64,000 bases of DNA. Source: Escherichia phage BF17. Below are positions 27,540 to 35,881 of this stretch, in pieces; within the stretch, counting starts at the first letter, position 1, and every line of letters starts with the position of its first letter. The notes beneath the pieces are model-generated. The model had not been told where the DNA came from, searched no databases, and was given only the letters and a program-made list of their open reading frames with translations. The stretch lies in sequence record MW822008.1. One strand, 5' to 3'. A program made the position numbers and the translations under genes.

Positions 27540-28189
27540 TGAAAAATGTAACTCAAGAAAAGATTCTGTACCTTGCAAAGTACAATGGTGGTTTCAATAT
27601 CATTAGCCGTGAGTACAGTGGTAATTTGGCTAAGTTGATTGACAGTTTGTTAGAATTTGATTTCATTAAATGGGAAACTAATGAACTTTGGTACGAATAT
27701 GCTGGTCAGAAATGGGAAAGTGATTATGATAATGCAATACATTCATACACTATCACCAAAGCAGGTGAAGTTCGATTAGCCATTATGCGTTGTGCATATA
27801 CTTACAAAAATCATAAAGGTGAAGAAAAACATATTCGCAGAAATGAAGAGCTATTACTTCTCATGGAAGCAGCAAAAGTTACAATGCATGATTTGTTCCA
27901 CCACCCACGTTGGTATGAAAATCTAACAAAAGCAGAGTACAAAGCTTTACGTTACATTGATGAACAAAACAACACCCCAGTTGAAGTTGATGATGTTAGT
28001 GATGATGAACTAAGCCTCAAAAATGTATTTGAAAGTACCAGTACTGAAAGTATTACAGACATTTCTGTACAGATGGCCCTAAAAGCAATGGAACTTTTCA
28101 AGACACAATATGAAGGACACAGTGCTGAAGAAGTAGAGCGTGAGTTCATCACACGCGTACAGATTGCATTGTTCCAATCGAAAAAGTAG
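27539..28189 (+). CDS. hypothetical protein
   Basis: 216-aa ORF. Confidence 0.55.
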   Translation: MKNVTQEKILYLAKYNGGFNIISREYSGNLAKLIDSLLEFDFIKWETNELWYEYAGQKWESDYDNAIHSYTITKAGEVRLAIMRCAYTYKNHKGEEKHIRRNEELLLLMEAAKVTMHDLFHHPRWYENLTKAEYKALRYIDEQNNTPVEVDDVSDDELSLKNVFESTSTESITDISVQMALKAMELFKTQYEGHSAEEVEREFITRVQIALFQSKK

Positions 28190-28215
28190 GATGATATGAA
28201 ATATGAACATCCGTG

Positions 28216-28397
28216 ATGGGTTATCATATAAAGAAGCAGGTAAAGATGGTGTCAAAGGTGAAGCTGTAGATCTTTGCATTTGTGCACTTGACATGTTCGC
28301 TTTGTAATGCGATAATATGAGTTCAGAAGAGATGGAACGTGAGTTCCTTACTTACATGAATGTTAAACTAGCCAAATGGCGTAAATCAATTCAATAG
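28216..28397 (+). pseudogene. decayed partial duplicate of 3' end of gene 27539..28189
   Basis: Two short reading frames split by a stop encode ...AVDLCICALDMFAL and MSSEEMEREFLTYMNVKLAKWRKSIQ, resembling upstream C-terminus ...DISVQMALKAMELF...SAEEVEREFITRVQIALFQSKK. Confidence 0.4.
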
Positions 28398-28406
28398 GTA
28401 TTTTAA

Positions 28407-29378
28407 ATGAAAACTAAAATTATTTCTGAACAAAAAATTGGCAATACTACAGTACTGAATCTTGAAGTTCAAGGTCTTAGTAATGTTCGTTCTCTTACGG
28501 TTTGTACTCAGAGAGATGATTTGACTGATTTCTATAGCTCAGAATACATGTCAGAAGAACCTTGGGATATGGGATGGTTGGACGGTAGTAGTTATATCAG
28601 TTCACGTTATAGTTTTGGTTCTCATGAAAATATTGAACAATTAAAAAATGAGTATATTAAACTCAGTGATACTATTGAAATGAAAGAAGAAGATTGTGTA
28701 GAACTTTTCATTTTTGAATTCGATGCCGGAAATGGTAATTCATTACTAGTAAGTAATATTGAAGAACATTTAATGTATCATGAAATTGAAGATGTAGATT
28801 TTGAAAGTATTAAAAATGTTGTTCATATGGTTGGTGGTAGTATTACTGATGATTCAGATATCGGTCATAATATTTCACTGTGCTTAATTTCTCATCCAAA
28901 AACTCGTGGTTTTAAAGTTCCACAAGATGAAACTTACGTGTCTGAAACTGCTGATGAAGGAATTTATCCTTGGAATGATTATGTAGAATACTATGGTCAT
29001 TTCTGTTCTGATACAAAAGAACTGAAAAAAGGCGAACAATATTTTGATATGTTCCGTGCTGCACAGCGTTTAGTACTGAATAATACTGAACTATTTCCTG
29101 ATCGCGGCGAAGAAAATATGATTGATATTATCTTCAAGAACTATGATTATGTACAGAACATTCCTGATAATGTACATTTGGAATATGTTCACAGTTCTTC
29201 AAACAAATTCTATAATATTGAATTGAATGCTCCAGTGTGTGAAGTAATTATTGAGTACGGTGCTATTGGTAAAACCAGTACTACTGATGGTGAAGAATTC
29301 GAAACTATTGAAGAAGCACGTAAGTTCTTCGAGAAGAAAGTAATTTCCAAAATTAAAAGTGGTTATAGCCCAAAATGA
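28407..29378 (+). CDS. hypothetical acidic protein
   Basis: 323-aa ORF. Confidence 0.55.
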   Translation: MKTKIISEQKIGNTTVLNLEVQGLSNVRSLTVCTQRDDLTDFYSSEYMSEEPWDMGWLDGSSYISSRYSFGSHENIEQLKNEYIKLSDTIEMKEEDCVELFIFEFDAGNGNSLLVSNIEEHLMYHEIEDVDFESIKNVVHMVGGSITDDSDIGHNISLCLISHPKTRGFKVPQDETYVSETADEGIYPWNDYVEYYGHFCSDTKELKKGEQYFDMFRAAQRLVLNNTELFPDRGEENMIDIIFKNYDYVQNIPDNVHLEYVHSSSNKFYNIELNAPVCEVIIEYGAIGKTSTTDGEEFETIEEARKFFEKKVISKIKSGYSPK

Positions 29379-29755
29379 AAATCACACGCTTTGGTAAAAC
29401 CTTTGAACTAAACATTGTTTCTGTTTATAAAAAAGGAAAATCAGGAAAGTTAAGCACTGATAATATTAGATTTGTTATTAGTGATTATTATGATATGTTT
29501 AATCAGGCATTTGAAGAAAATAAATTTGGTTTGATTTTATGTAAACCACAAAAACCGGAATTAGGTATTTTGGATTTAAGAACTGATAAGTCTGATTTTA
29601 TTGGTAATCTTGATATTATTGAATTTAAAGTTGATATATCAAAAGAACATTTTAGAGTTAAAAACTATAATTATTACAAAGTTGATATTAATTCTATCGA
29701 AGTACAAAACGTACTTGATGAACTTATCAGTAATAATTCGTGTTTTACTAAATGA
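29375..29755 (+). CDS. hypothetical protein
   Basis: 126-aa ORF, ATGA overlap. Confidence 0.5.
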   Translation: MKITRFGKTFELNIVSVYKKGKSGKLSTDNIRFVISDYYDMFNQAFEENKFGLILCKPQKPELGILDLRTDKSDFIGNLDIIEFKVDISKEHFRVKNYNYYKVDINSIEVQNVLDELISNNSCFTK

Positions 29756-29767
29756 GAAAAAAATATC

Positions 29768-30001
29768 ATGAAAAATATATTCATTACATTAACAATATTT
29801 GTATCCATTATTCTCTGTGGTTGTGCTCCTAAAGTTGATGAGATGGATGCTGAAATCATCCGTCAAGGTTTAACAAAACTAAATCACCAAGGAACACTAT
29901 ACGCATGTCATACTATGCGTCATGGGCAAGATCTTAATCTCATGTGCAGGAAGATTGTGAATCGCAAACGTCTTAATACTGTTCCGAAGGATGCACAATG
30001 A
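29768..30001 (+). CDS. putative lipoprotein
   Basis: Signal peptide ending in lipobox-like ILCGC. Confidence 0.5.
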   Translation: MKNIFITLTIFVSIILCGCAPKVDEMDAEIIRQGLTKLNHQGTLYACHTMRHGQDLNLMCRKIVNRKRLNTVPKDAQ

Positions 30002-30168
30002 AAGAAGTAATTGACTACAAATGTAAAAATTGTGGCAAAGATAAGGGTAAGCATTCAGTACAAGGGATGGCTTGCCCGAATCCAGGTCGTGGTAATTTCA
30101 GCGGGTTCAGTACTGAAAAGTCTTACGAACCGGATCATACCAAACCTGTAATGGGTTATAAATTATGA
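29998..30168 (+). CDS. small Cys-containing protein
   Basis: 56-aa ORF not in track; overlaps both neighbours at start and stop (ATGA); CKNC ... C. Confidence 0.4.
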   Translation: MKEVIDYKCKNCGKDKGKHSVQGMACPNPGRGNFSGFSTEKSYEPDHTKPVMGYKL

Positions 30169-30524
30169 GTGATTATGTAGCATTTCTTCATCGCTTTGGA
30201 GAAGCTAAAGAAAAACATATTATCCGTATGCCATTATATGGTGAAAAAGACTGGTACAAAAGTACTATAAGTGTAGGTGCATTTCGTGACCGTGAAGCTG
30301 GATTCTTTCTGGGTAAGCAACATGAACGAGAGGTACTTTGCTCACTGTGGCGTTTGGATGAATGGGATAGTGAGAACGTAAGAACTGCTGAATCAATGCT
30401 GGCTATTGTTGGTATTGCGAACTATCAGCACCCATATGACCTATTACCTACATTTGAACATGCTTCTTTGTTTGATTTTTACAAAGCAGTAGGGTATGAT
30501 TATAAAAAGAAACGTTACATTTAA
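30165..30524 (+). CDS. hypothetical protein
   Basis: 119-aa ORF. Confidence 0.5.
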   Translation: MSDYVAFLHRFGEAKEKHIIRMPLYGEKDWYKSTISVGAFRDREAGFFLGKQHEREVLCSLWRLDEWDSENVRTAESMLAIVGIANYQHPYDLLPTFEHASLFDFYKAVGYDYKKKRYI

Positions 30525-30570
30525 TATCAGTACTACCACAGTGGGCAGTACTTTTTAATTGGAGATTACT

Positions 30571-31185
30571 ATGACTACATCTGAAAAGTACTGGTGGATT
30601 TTGGCTCATCCTAAATTCATAAACAAAGATATGGTTCCAGCTAGGATTGATATAGAACCTCATGATGTGTGTCCAATGACAAATCGAATTGAAGATTTCA
30701 AAGCATTGAATACAAAGACTCAATTTTGGGTAGAATTTCTTTCACCAATGTATATTGAGCAAGACGACGAATGGGTACAAGCACATGATTATCAATTGGA
30801 TTGTGGTGGTGATACGTATGAAGAGGCGATTGATAAATTATACAAAAATGTGCTAAACACATATGGTGATTACACCCAACAAGAAGCAGATAACACATTT
30901 AATAAGATCCATGCATTCAAATCTACTCCATCAATTTTTAATCCTACTAAAACTGTTTGGGAGGAACGACACAGTTGGAGTTCATGTGTAATCGATGAAG
31001 AAACCAAAGAAAAAATCATCGATGATATAAAAAATTTAAAAAATACGATAGAAGCCTTGCGTGAATTCATAATGTCTTGTACAATAGAACAACAGAAAGA
31101 GGCAAAGATACATTTGGAGAGTGAAGAATGTAAACTTTGGGTTCTAGAGAAATCTATTGAAAAGGGTATAGACTTAGACTTATGA
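30571..31185 (+). CDS. hypothetical protein
   Basis: ORF 30559..31185 trimmed to ATG after GGAG. Confidence 0.55.
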   Translation: MTTSEKYWWILAHPKFINKDMVPARIDIEPHDVCPMTNRIEDFKALNTKTQFWVEFLSPMYIEQDDEWVQAHDYQLDCGGDTYEEAIDKLYKNVLNTYGDYTQQEADNTFNKIHAFKSTPSIFNPTKTVWEERHSWSSCVIDEETKEKIIDDIKNLKNTIEALREFIMSCTIEQQKEAKIHLESEECKLWVLEKSIEKGIDLDL

Positions 31186-31550
31186 ATAGTAAATTGGAGA
31201 AACTAATCGAAGAATTACGCCAGATGCCACCTATTGAACAAGTAGGAAATTACAAACGGTATCGTGTTATTGCTCGTGCACTTGATAAAAAAGGTAGAGT
31301 ACTGGCAACTCGCACAAATTCTTATACACAGACTCACCCAGTACAGAAGGGTTTCGCCATTCGTGCTGGGCGACCGCAAGGTGAGTTTCTTCATGCTGAA
31401 ATTTCATGTTTACTGGCTGCTCGTGCTGATGTTCATACTTTACTGATTGCACGGATAAGTAAAGATGGAATTCCTGTTCCGGCTAAACCATGTGAAATTT
31501 GCTCATTAGCAATAAAAGAATATGGGGTGAAAGAGATTATCCACACATGA
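31182..31550 (+). CDS. CDA-fold zinc deaminase-like protein
   Basis: 122 aa; HAEISCL and PCEICS (H-A-E ... P-C-x-x-C) zinc-binding signature of the cytidine deaminase-like superfamily. Confidence 0.55.
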   Translation: MNSKLEKLIEELRQMPPIEQVGNYKRYRVIARALDKKGRVLATRTNSYTQTHPVQKGFAIRAGRPQGEFLHAEISCLLAARADVHTLLIARISKDGIPVPAKPCEICSLAIKEYGVKEIIHT

Positions 31551-31768
31551 AAATTGAAAGATATGCTAAGCATACTGTTGGGTGTGTAAATGATATATTC
31601 TATTATTATATTTTTGCACCTGAACTACGTTTTCAAATCACAACATACAATGATGGCAGATTTAAAGATACAAACTTCCTCATAACCGACTTAGCAAAGT
31701 ATGCGAATACAGAACATTTTAATCATTTAGTATTTGTGTACTGTATACCAAACCCAAATAAAAAGTAG
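31547..31768 (+). CDS. hypothetical protein
   Basis: ORF 31499..31768 trimmed to ATG overlapping upstream stop. Confidence 0.45.
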   Translation: MKIERYAKHTVGCVNDIFYYYIFAPELRFQITTYNDGRFKDTNFLITDLAKYANTEHFNHLVFVYCIPNPNKK

Positions 31769-31778
31769 GAGATTAAAA

Positions 31779-32138
31779 ATGGCTAAAACAATTTCTTTAA
31801 AAAATGAAAATGTAGGACAACGCAAAGATGGTTTCTTTGGTTTTTCTTGGACAACATTATTCTTTGGACCGTTCCCTGCATTGTTTCGTGGTGACTTTAT
31901 TACGTTCATCGGTGCATTCGTAATTTACTTCATCCTCAACGCAGTGTCATTTTGGATTGTGGGTACAATTGCAATGGTTGTATGGGCATTTCTTTATAAT
32001 AAGTACTACACCGTGAATCTCATCAAGAATGGGTATAAATTCAATGGCACACATGAAGAAAATGCTGAAGCTGCAATGGCTTTGCAAATTGATTTGAATA
32101 AAAACAACACAGTTGATAAAAATAAAGATCCTGAATAA
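31779..32138 (+). CDS. membrane protein
   Basis: ORF 31734..32138 trimmed to ATG after GGAG; hydrophobic helices. Confidence 0.5.
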   Translation: MAKTISLKNENVGQRKDGFFGFSWTTLFFGPFPALFRGDFITFIGAFVIYFILNAVSFWIVGTIAMVVWAFLYNKYYTVNLIKNGYKFNGTHEENAEAAMALQIDLNKNNTVDKNKDPE

Positions 32139-32357
32139 ATGGAAAAATACGATATAATTTACGATTATTATGGTAAGGCTTATATGAAGTGTGGGCGTTA
32201 TGTTGAACTCTCTAATAGAGAATCAATAGACCCCCACACTCTTATAACAATTCATAATTCGTACTATAAAAAAGTTACAATAGCTAATTTTGCAACATAC
32301 GTAAATAATCCTTTATTTCCTTACATTATTCAGTACTACTGTAGAGTTATCAAATAA
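32139..32357 (+). CDS. hypothetical protein
   Basis: 72-aa ORF. Confidence 0.45.
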   Translation: MEKYDIIYDYYGKAYMKCGRYVELSNRESIDPHTLITIHNSYYKKVTIANFATYVNNPLFPYIIQYYCRVIK

Positions 32358-32368
32358 GGTAAAAAGAA

Positions 32369-32779
32369 ATGTTAGCTGATGAATTTATGTCACTAAGTAT
32401 CAAGATATTTGATATACTAGGTGATGAAACAGATTTCAATCTAAGCGACAAAGATATTCCATTGGAAGATGGTGGATACTTTTTTGCGATTGGAACTACG
32501 TATAATCTGGATCTTTCAAAGCCTATCAGTGATGATAGTGATTATAATGCAACAACATATTTTGATTTCCAGCTTGATGGACATAAAGAGCGTTTACTAA
32601 CGTACAGACGTAAAGGTAGTTTCAATAGAACCGAGATTACAATAATGGATTTTGAAAAACGCATTGAACTAGCTAAGAAACATCCATTCATCAGTACTCA
32701 TACATTTAATAGACTAATCGATCTATTAGATAATTATCCATATACAATCCGAGGGTCGTTACGTTTAAATGCAGAATGA
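32369..32779 (+). CDS. hypothetical protein
   Basis: 136-aa ORF. Confidence 0.5.
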   Translation: MLADEFMSLSIKIFDILGDETDFNLSDKDIPLEDGGYFFAIGTTYNLDLSKPISDDSDYNATTYFDFQLDGHKERLLTYRRKGSFNRTEITIMDFEKRIELAKKHPFISTHTFNRLIDLLDNYPYTIRGSLRLNAE

Positions 32780-32954
32780 AATCTTCAAAAAAGAATACGA
32801 TGGTGAAAGTCTCTATGATATTCAAAGAGACGTACATGAAGCATTCGATTCAAGATTTAACCCATTAGCTGAACAAATCCCACAAGATGAGTTTGGTTTT
32901 CAGGAAGGCACTTTCACAGTGACTATTACATGGAGTCCAGATGAGACTAGCTAA
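32769..32954 (+). CDS. hypothetical protein
   Basis: 61-aa ORF. Confidence 0.4.
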   Translation: MQNEIFKKEYDGESLYDIQRDVHEAFDSRFNPLAEQIPQDEFGFQEGTFTVTITWSPDETS

Positions 32955-33057
32955 ACTTGTCATAGGTTGTAGTGCACTTGCTGCATATATGCTTTTTTCC
33001 GCACCAACCAATGTATTACTGTTAATTTGGGCAGTTGTTATATTAGCAGTACTTTAA

Positions 33058-33080
33058 AGCACCCTAGTGGTGCTTTTTCT
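33058..33080 (+). terminator. rho-independent terminator
   Basis: AGCACC/GGTGCT stem then TTTTT. Confidence 0.55.
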
Positions 33081-33216
33081 ATTTGTGCAAATAAAAACCA
33101 ATGTGACTTTTCCTTGATATAGGTCAAGAGAAATAACCTGTTCTGACGCTATAATGTTGTCTGGTGATATTAAATATCTTCACCCCCAGATGATTTCAAA
33201 ATACAAGGAATGTACA

Positions 33217-35022
33217 ATGCAATTAGATAAATTATATACTGACGTAACGAATTTCCTCAATCAGAGCAATACTGATCTTACCAACGAAAATGCGAACAAA
33301 GATGCGAAATGCGTCAATACACACAGGGATTTACTTGCAGGTATCCTATCTAAGCATTATTCACAAGATGTTATTCCAAATGAGCTAATGCAGTGGCATA
33401 ATGATGGTTATGGTCATATTCATGATTTAGACTACTATATCAGCCCATTAACCAACTGTTGCTTAGTTAACTACCCAGATATGCTAAAAAATGGATTTAC
33501 CATTGGTTGTGCCAAAATTGAAGAACCAAAGAGTTTTAGTGTAGCATGTACAGTACTGACACAGATTGTACAAGCTGTAGCTAGTTCCCAATACGGCGGT
33601 CAATCGTTGGCTCACATTGATGTCGGTTTAGAACCTTACGTTCAAAAGTCATGGGATAAGCTGTTAGAAAAACAAAAGAAATATAATCTAAGTGATGAGT
33701 TCATTGAAGAAGAATTACGAAAAGAAGTATACGATGGATGTCAAACATTACTTTACCAGACTAATTCAATGATTAGCACTAATGGACAAGCTGCATTCAT
33801 TTCTCTTAGTTTAGGGCTTAATACTTCTAAATTTGGTAAATTAATCACTGAACAGTACTTAAAAGTTCATGAGAATGGTTTAGGTAAAGATAAGATTACT
33901 CCAGTGTTTCCTAAAGTAATTTTCTTTTTACAAGATGGTATAAACATGAATACCAATGATAGTAATTATGACCTTAAACAGTTAGCTATGCGTTGTGCAT
34001 CAAAACGAATCTACCCAGACTTTGTTTCAGTTCCATTAAATCACAAAGTGACGGGAAGTAGTAGTACTGCTGTAACACCGATGGGATGTCGTTCATTCTT
34101 AGGAAAATGGGAAGATTCAAATGGAAATGAACAATACAACGGTCGTTTCAATTTAGGTGTGGTTTCTATCAATTTACCTCTAATTGCTCTTGAGAGTGAT
34201 TCTGATGGAGAGTTTTTTGATAAGATAGACGAGCATATGAATATTGCATATCGTGCTCAGATGAACCGTGTGGAGCGTTTAAAAGGCACTAAAGCGAAGC
34301 AGAATCCAATTTTGTTCATGGAAGGTGCATTAGCACGTTTAGGTGCAGAAGAAACCATTGACAAGCTATTTTACAATGGTTATGCTAGTATTAGTATTGG
34401 TTATGTTGGTCTTGTTGAATGTTCAGAAATCCTCACTGGTTCTATCAGTAAGGAGTTTTGTATGTCAGTACTGAATTATATGAAAGTAAAATGTGATGAG
34501 TTCAAAAAAGAAAGTAATATTGCTTTTAGTCTATATGGAACTCCAGCAGAGTCGCTTTGTTATAAATTTGCACGTTGCATTGAAGCAAAATATCCTTCAG
34601 TACTAAAACGTGATTACATCACAAATTCCTTCCATCAACCAGTATGGGTAGAAAGTTCTCCATTTGATAAATGGAGTTATGAAGAAGGGTTTGCTTACCT
34701 AAGTAACGGTGGAAACATCAGTTATGTTGAATCTCCAAACTTAGCAAACAACATTCAAGCACTTGAAACATTAGTTAACTATGCGTACACTAAGATACCA
34801 TATTTTGGTATTAACCAACCAGTTGACCATTGTTATGAATGTGGCTTCCAGGGTGAGTTCAGTGTAGATAAACATGGTTTCCACTGTCCTGTATGTGATA
34901 ATCGTAATGAGAAGACAATCTCAGTGATTCGTCGTGTTTCTGGGTACTTGGGTAATCCTTCTTCGCGTGGCTTCAATAAAGGCAAGCAACAAGAGTGTTG
35001 TGAGCGTATTCAGCACAAATAA
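33217..35022 (+). CDS. nrdD: anaerobic ribonucleoside-triphosphate reductase
   Basis: ORF 33154..35022, ATG at 33217 after AAGGA; NENANKD, TNCCLV, C-terminal zinc ribbon CYECG...CPVCDN and glycyl-radical motif RRVSGYLG match T4 NrdD. Confidence 0.9.
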   Translation: MQLDKLYTDVTNFLNQSNTDLTNENANKDAKCVNTHRDLLAGILSKHYSQDVIPNELMQWHNDGYGHIHDLDYYISPLTNCCLVNYPDMLKNGFTIGCAKIEEPKSFSVACTVLTQIVQAVASSQYGGQSLAHIDVGLEPYVQKSWDKLLEKQKKYNLSDEFIEEELRKEVYDGCQTLLYQTNSMISTNGQAAFISLSLGLNTSKFGKLITEQYLKVHENGLGKDKITPVFPKVIFFLQDGINMNTNDSNYDLKQLAMRCASKRIYPDFVSVPLNHKVTGSSSTAVTPMGCRSFLGKWEDSNGNEQYNGRFNLGVVSINLPLIALESDSDGEFFDKIDEHMNIAYRAQMNRVERLKGTKAKQNPILFMEGALARLGAEETIDKLFYNGYASISIGYVGLVECSEILTGSISKEFCMSVLNYMKVKCDEFKKESNIAFSLYGTPAESLCYKFARCIEAKYPSVLKRDYITNSFHQPVWVESSPFDKWSYEEGFAYLSNGGNISYVESPNLANNIQALETLVNYAYTKIPYFGINQPVDHCYECGFQGEFSVDKHGFHCPVCDNRNEKTISVIRRVSGYLGNPSSRGFNKGKQQECCERIQHK

Positions 35023-35030
35023 GGTAAATT

Positions 35031-35363
35031 ATGGATTTAAAGCCAATTGTGGTTAACAAATACAAAGAACCGTATGATGTGTATATTGGACGTGGGTCTA
35101 AATGGGGAAACCCATTTACCCATATTAAAGATAAACAAACCAAAGCCGAGTTCATTGTTAGTACAAGAGAAGAATCAATTGAAAAATTCAGAGAATACAT
35201 TATTGAACGTATTTCTTGTGGAGAAGTTAAGATTGATGAATTACTTGAACTCGCAGGGAAACGCCTTGGTTGTTTCTGTAAACCAAAATCATGTCACGGC
35301 GATGTTCTTGTCGAAATAGTGAGTGCAATATTAGATGAATTACCAGACGATAATCAAGGATGA
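35031..35363 (+). CDS. DUF4326-like small protein
   Basis: IGRGSKWGNPF motif common in phage proteins of unknown function (name recalled, unverified). Confidence 0.4.
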   Translation: MDLKPIVVNKYKEPYDVYIGRGSKWGNPFTHIKDKQTKAEFIVSTREESIEKFREYIIERISCGEVKIDELLELAGKRLGCFCKPKSCHGDVLVEIVSAILDELPDDNQG

Positions 35364-35805
35364 TTTAGTAAATGGAGAGGGCGTTCGCTGCTCTTTATTT
35401 GTTAGTGGGTGTTCGCACGGATGTGATGGTTGCTTCAATGAAGAAGCATGGGATTACAGAAGTGGTCAATTGTTCAGTACTGAAACAGTTGAGATTATAC
35501 TACAGGAACTAAAAAAACCATATGTTAGTGGTTTGTCACTTCTAGGCGGCGATCCATTAATGAAAAAGAATATAGATGAAGTTTTAAATCTATGCAAAGT
35601 AGTTAAAGAAACTTATCCTAGTAAAACTATTTGGTGCTGGAGTGGGTATACTTTAGATGAGATTATGAAAAATCATGCTAAAGATATACTTCAGTACTTA
35701 GATGTATTAGTTGATGGTAAGTTTATTGAGTCCGAAAAGAATTTAAAATTACCTTTCCGTGGTTCAAATAATCAAAGAATACTATATAAAAATAAAGATT
35801 TTTAG
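35335..35805 (+). CDS. nrdG: anaerobic ribonucleotide reductase activating protein (radical SAM)
   Basis: 156 aa; cysteine cluster GCSHGCDGC near N-terminus; immediately downstream of nrdD. Confidence 0.85.
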   Translation: MNYQTIIKDDLVNGEGVRCSLFVSGCSHGCDGCFNEEAWDYRSGQLFSTETVEIILQELKKPYVSGLSLLGGDPLMKKNIDEVLNLCKVVKETYPSKTIWCWSGYTLDEIMKNHAKDILQYLDVLVDGKFIESEKNLKLPFRGSNNQRILYKNKDF

Positions 35806-35810
35806 CATAA

Positions 35811-35831
35811 GCACCCGTTGGGTGCTTTTTT
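35811..35831 (+). terminator. rho-independent terminator
   Basis: GCACCC-GTT-GGGTGC then TTTTTT. Confidence 0.65.
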
Positions 35832-35839
35832 ATTATGTA

Positions 35840-35847
35840 TATAAATA
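35840..35847 (+). promoter_or_regulatory. T4-type late promoter core TATAAATA
   Basis: Exact TATAAATA about 35 nt upstream of the first fiber-like gene. Confidence 0.5.
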
Positions 35848-35881
35848 CATTAACTAATATCTAATTTATAAGGGATATATA

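Noticed and set aside
32989-33057. 22-codon hydrophobic peptide ORF (MLFSAPTNVLLLIWAVVILAVL) before the nrdD terminator
   Set aside because: Too short and without a ribosome-binding site to support as a gene; noted only as a possibility.
33217-35022. Group I intron or intein in nrdD (as in T4 sunY)
   Set aside because: The NrdD reading frame is continuous and of normal length with all conserved motifs in order.
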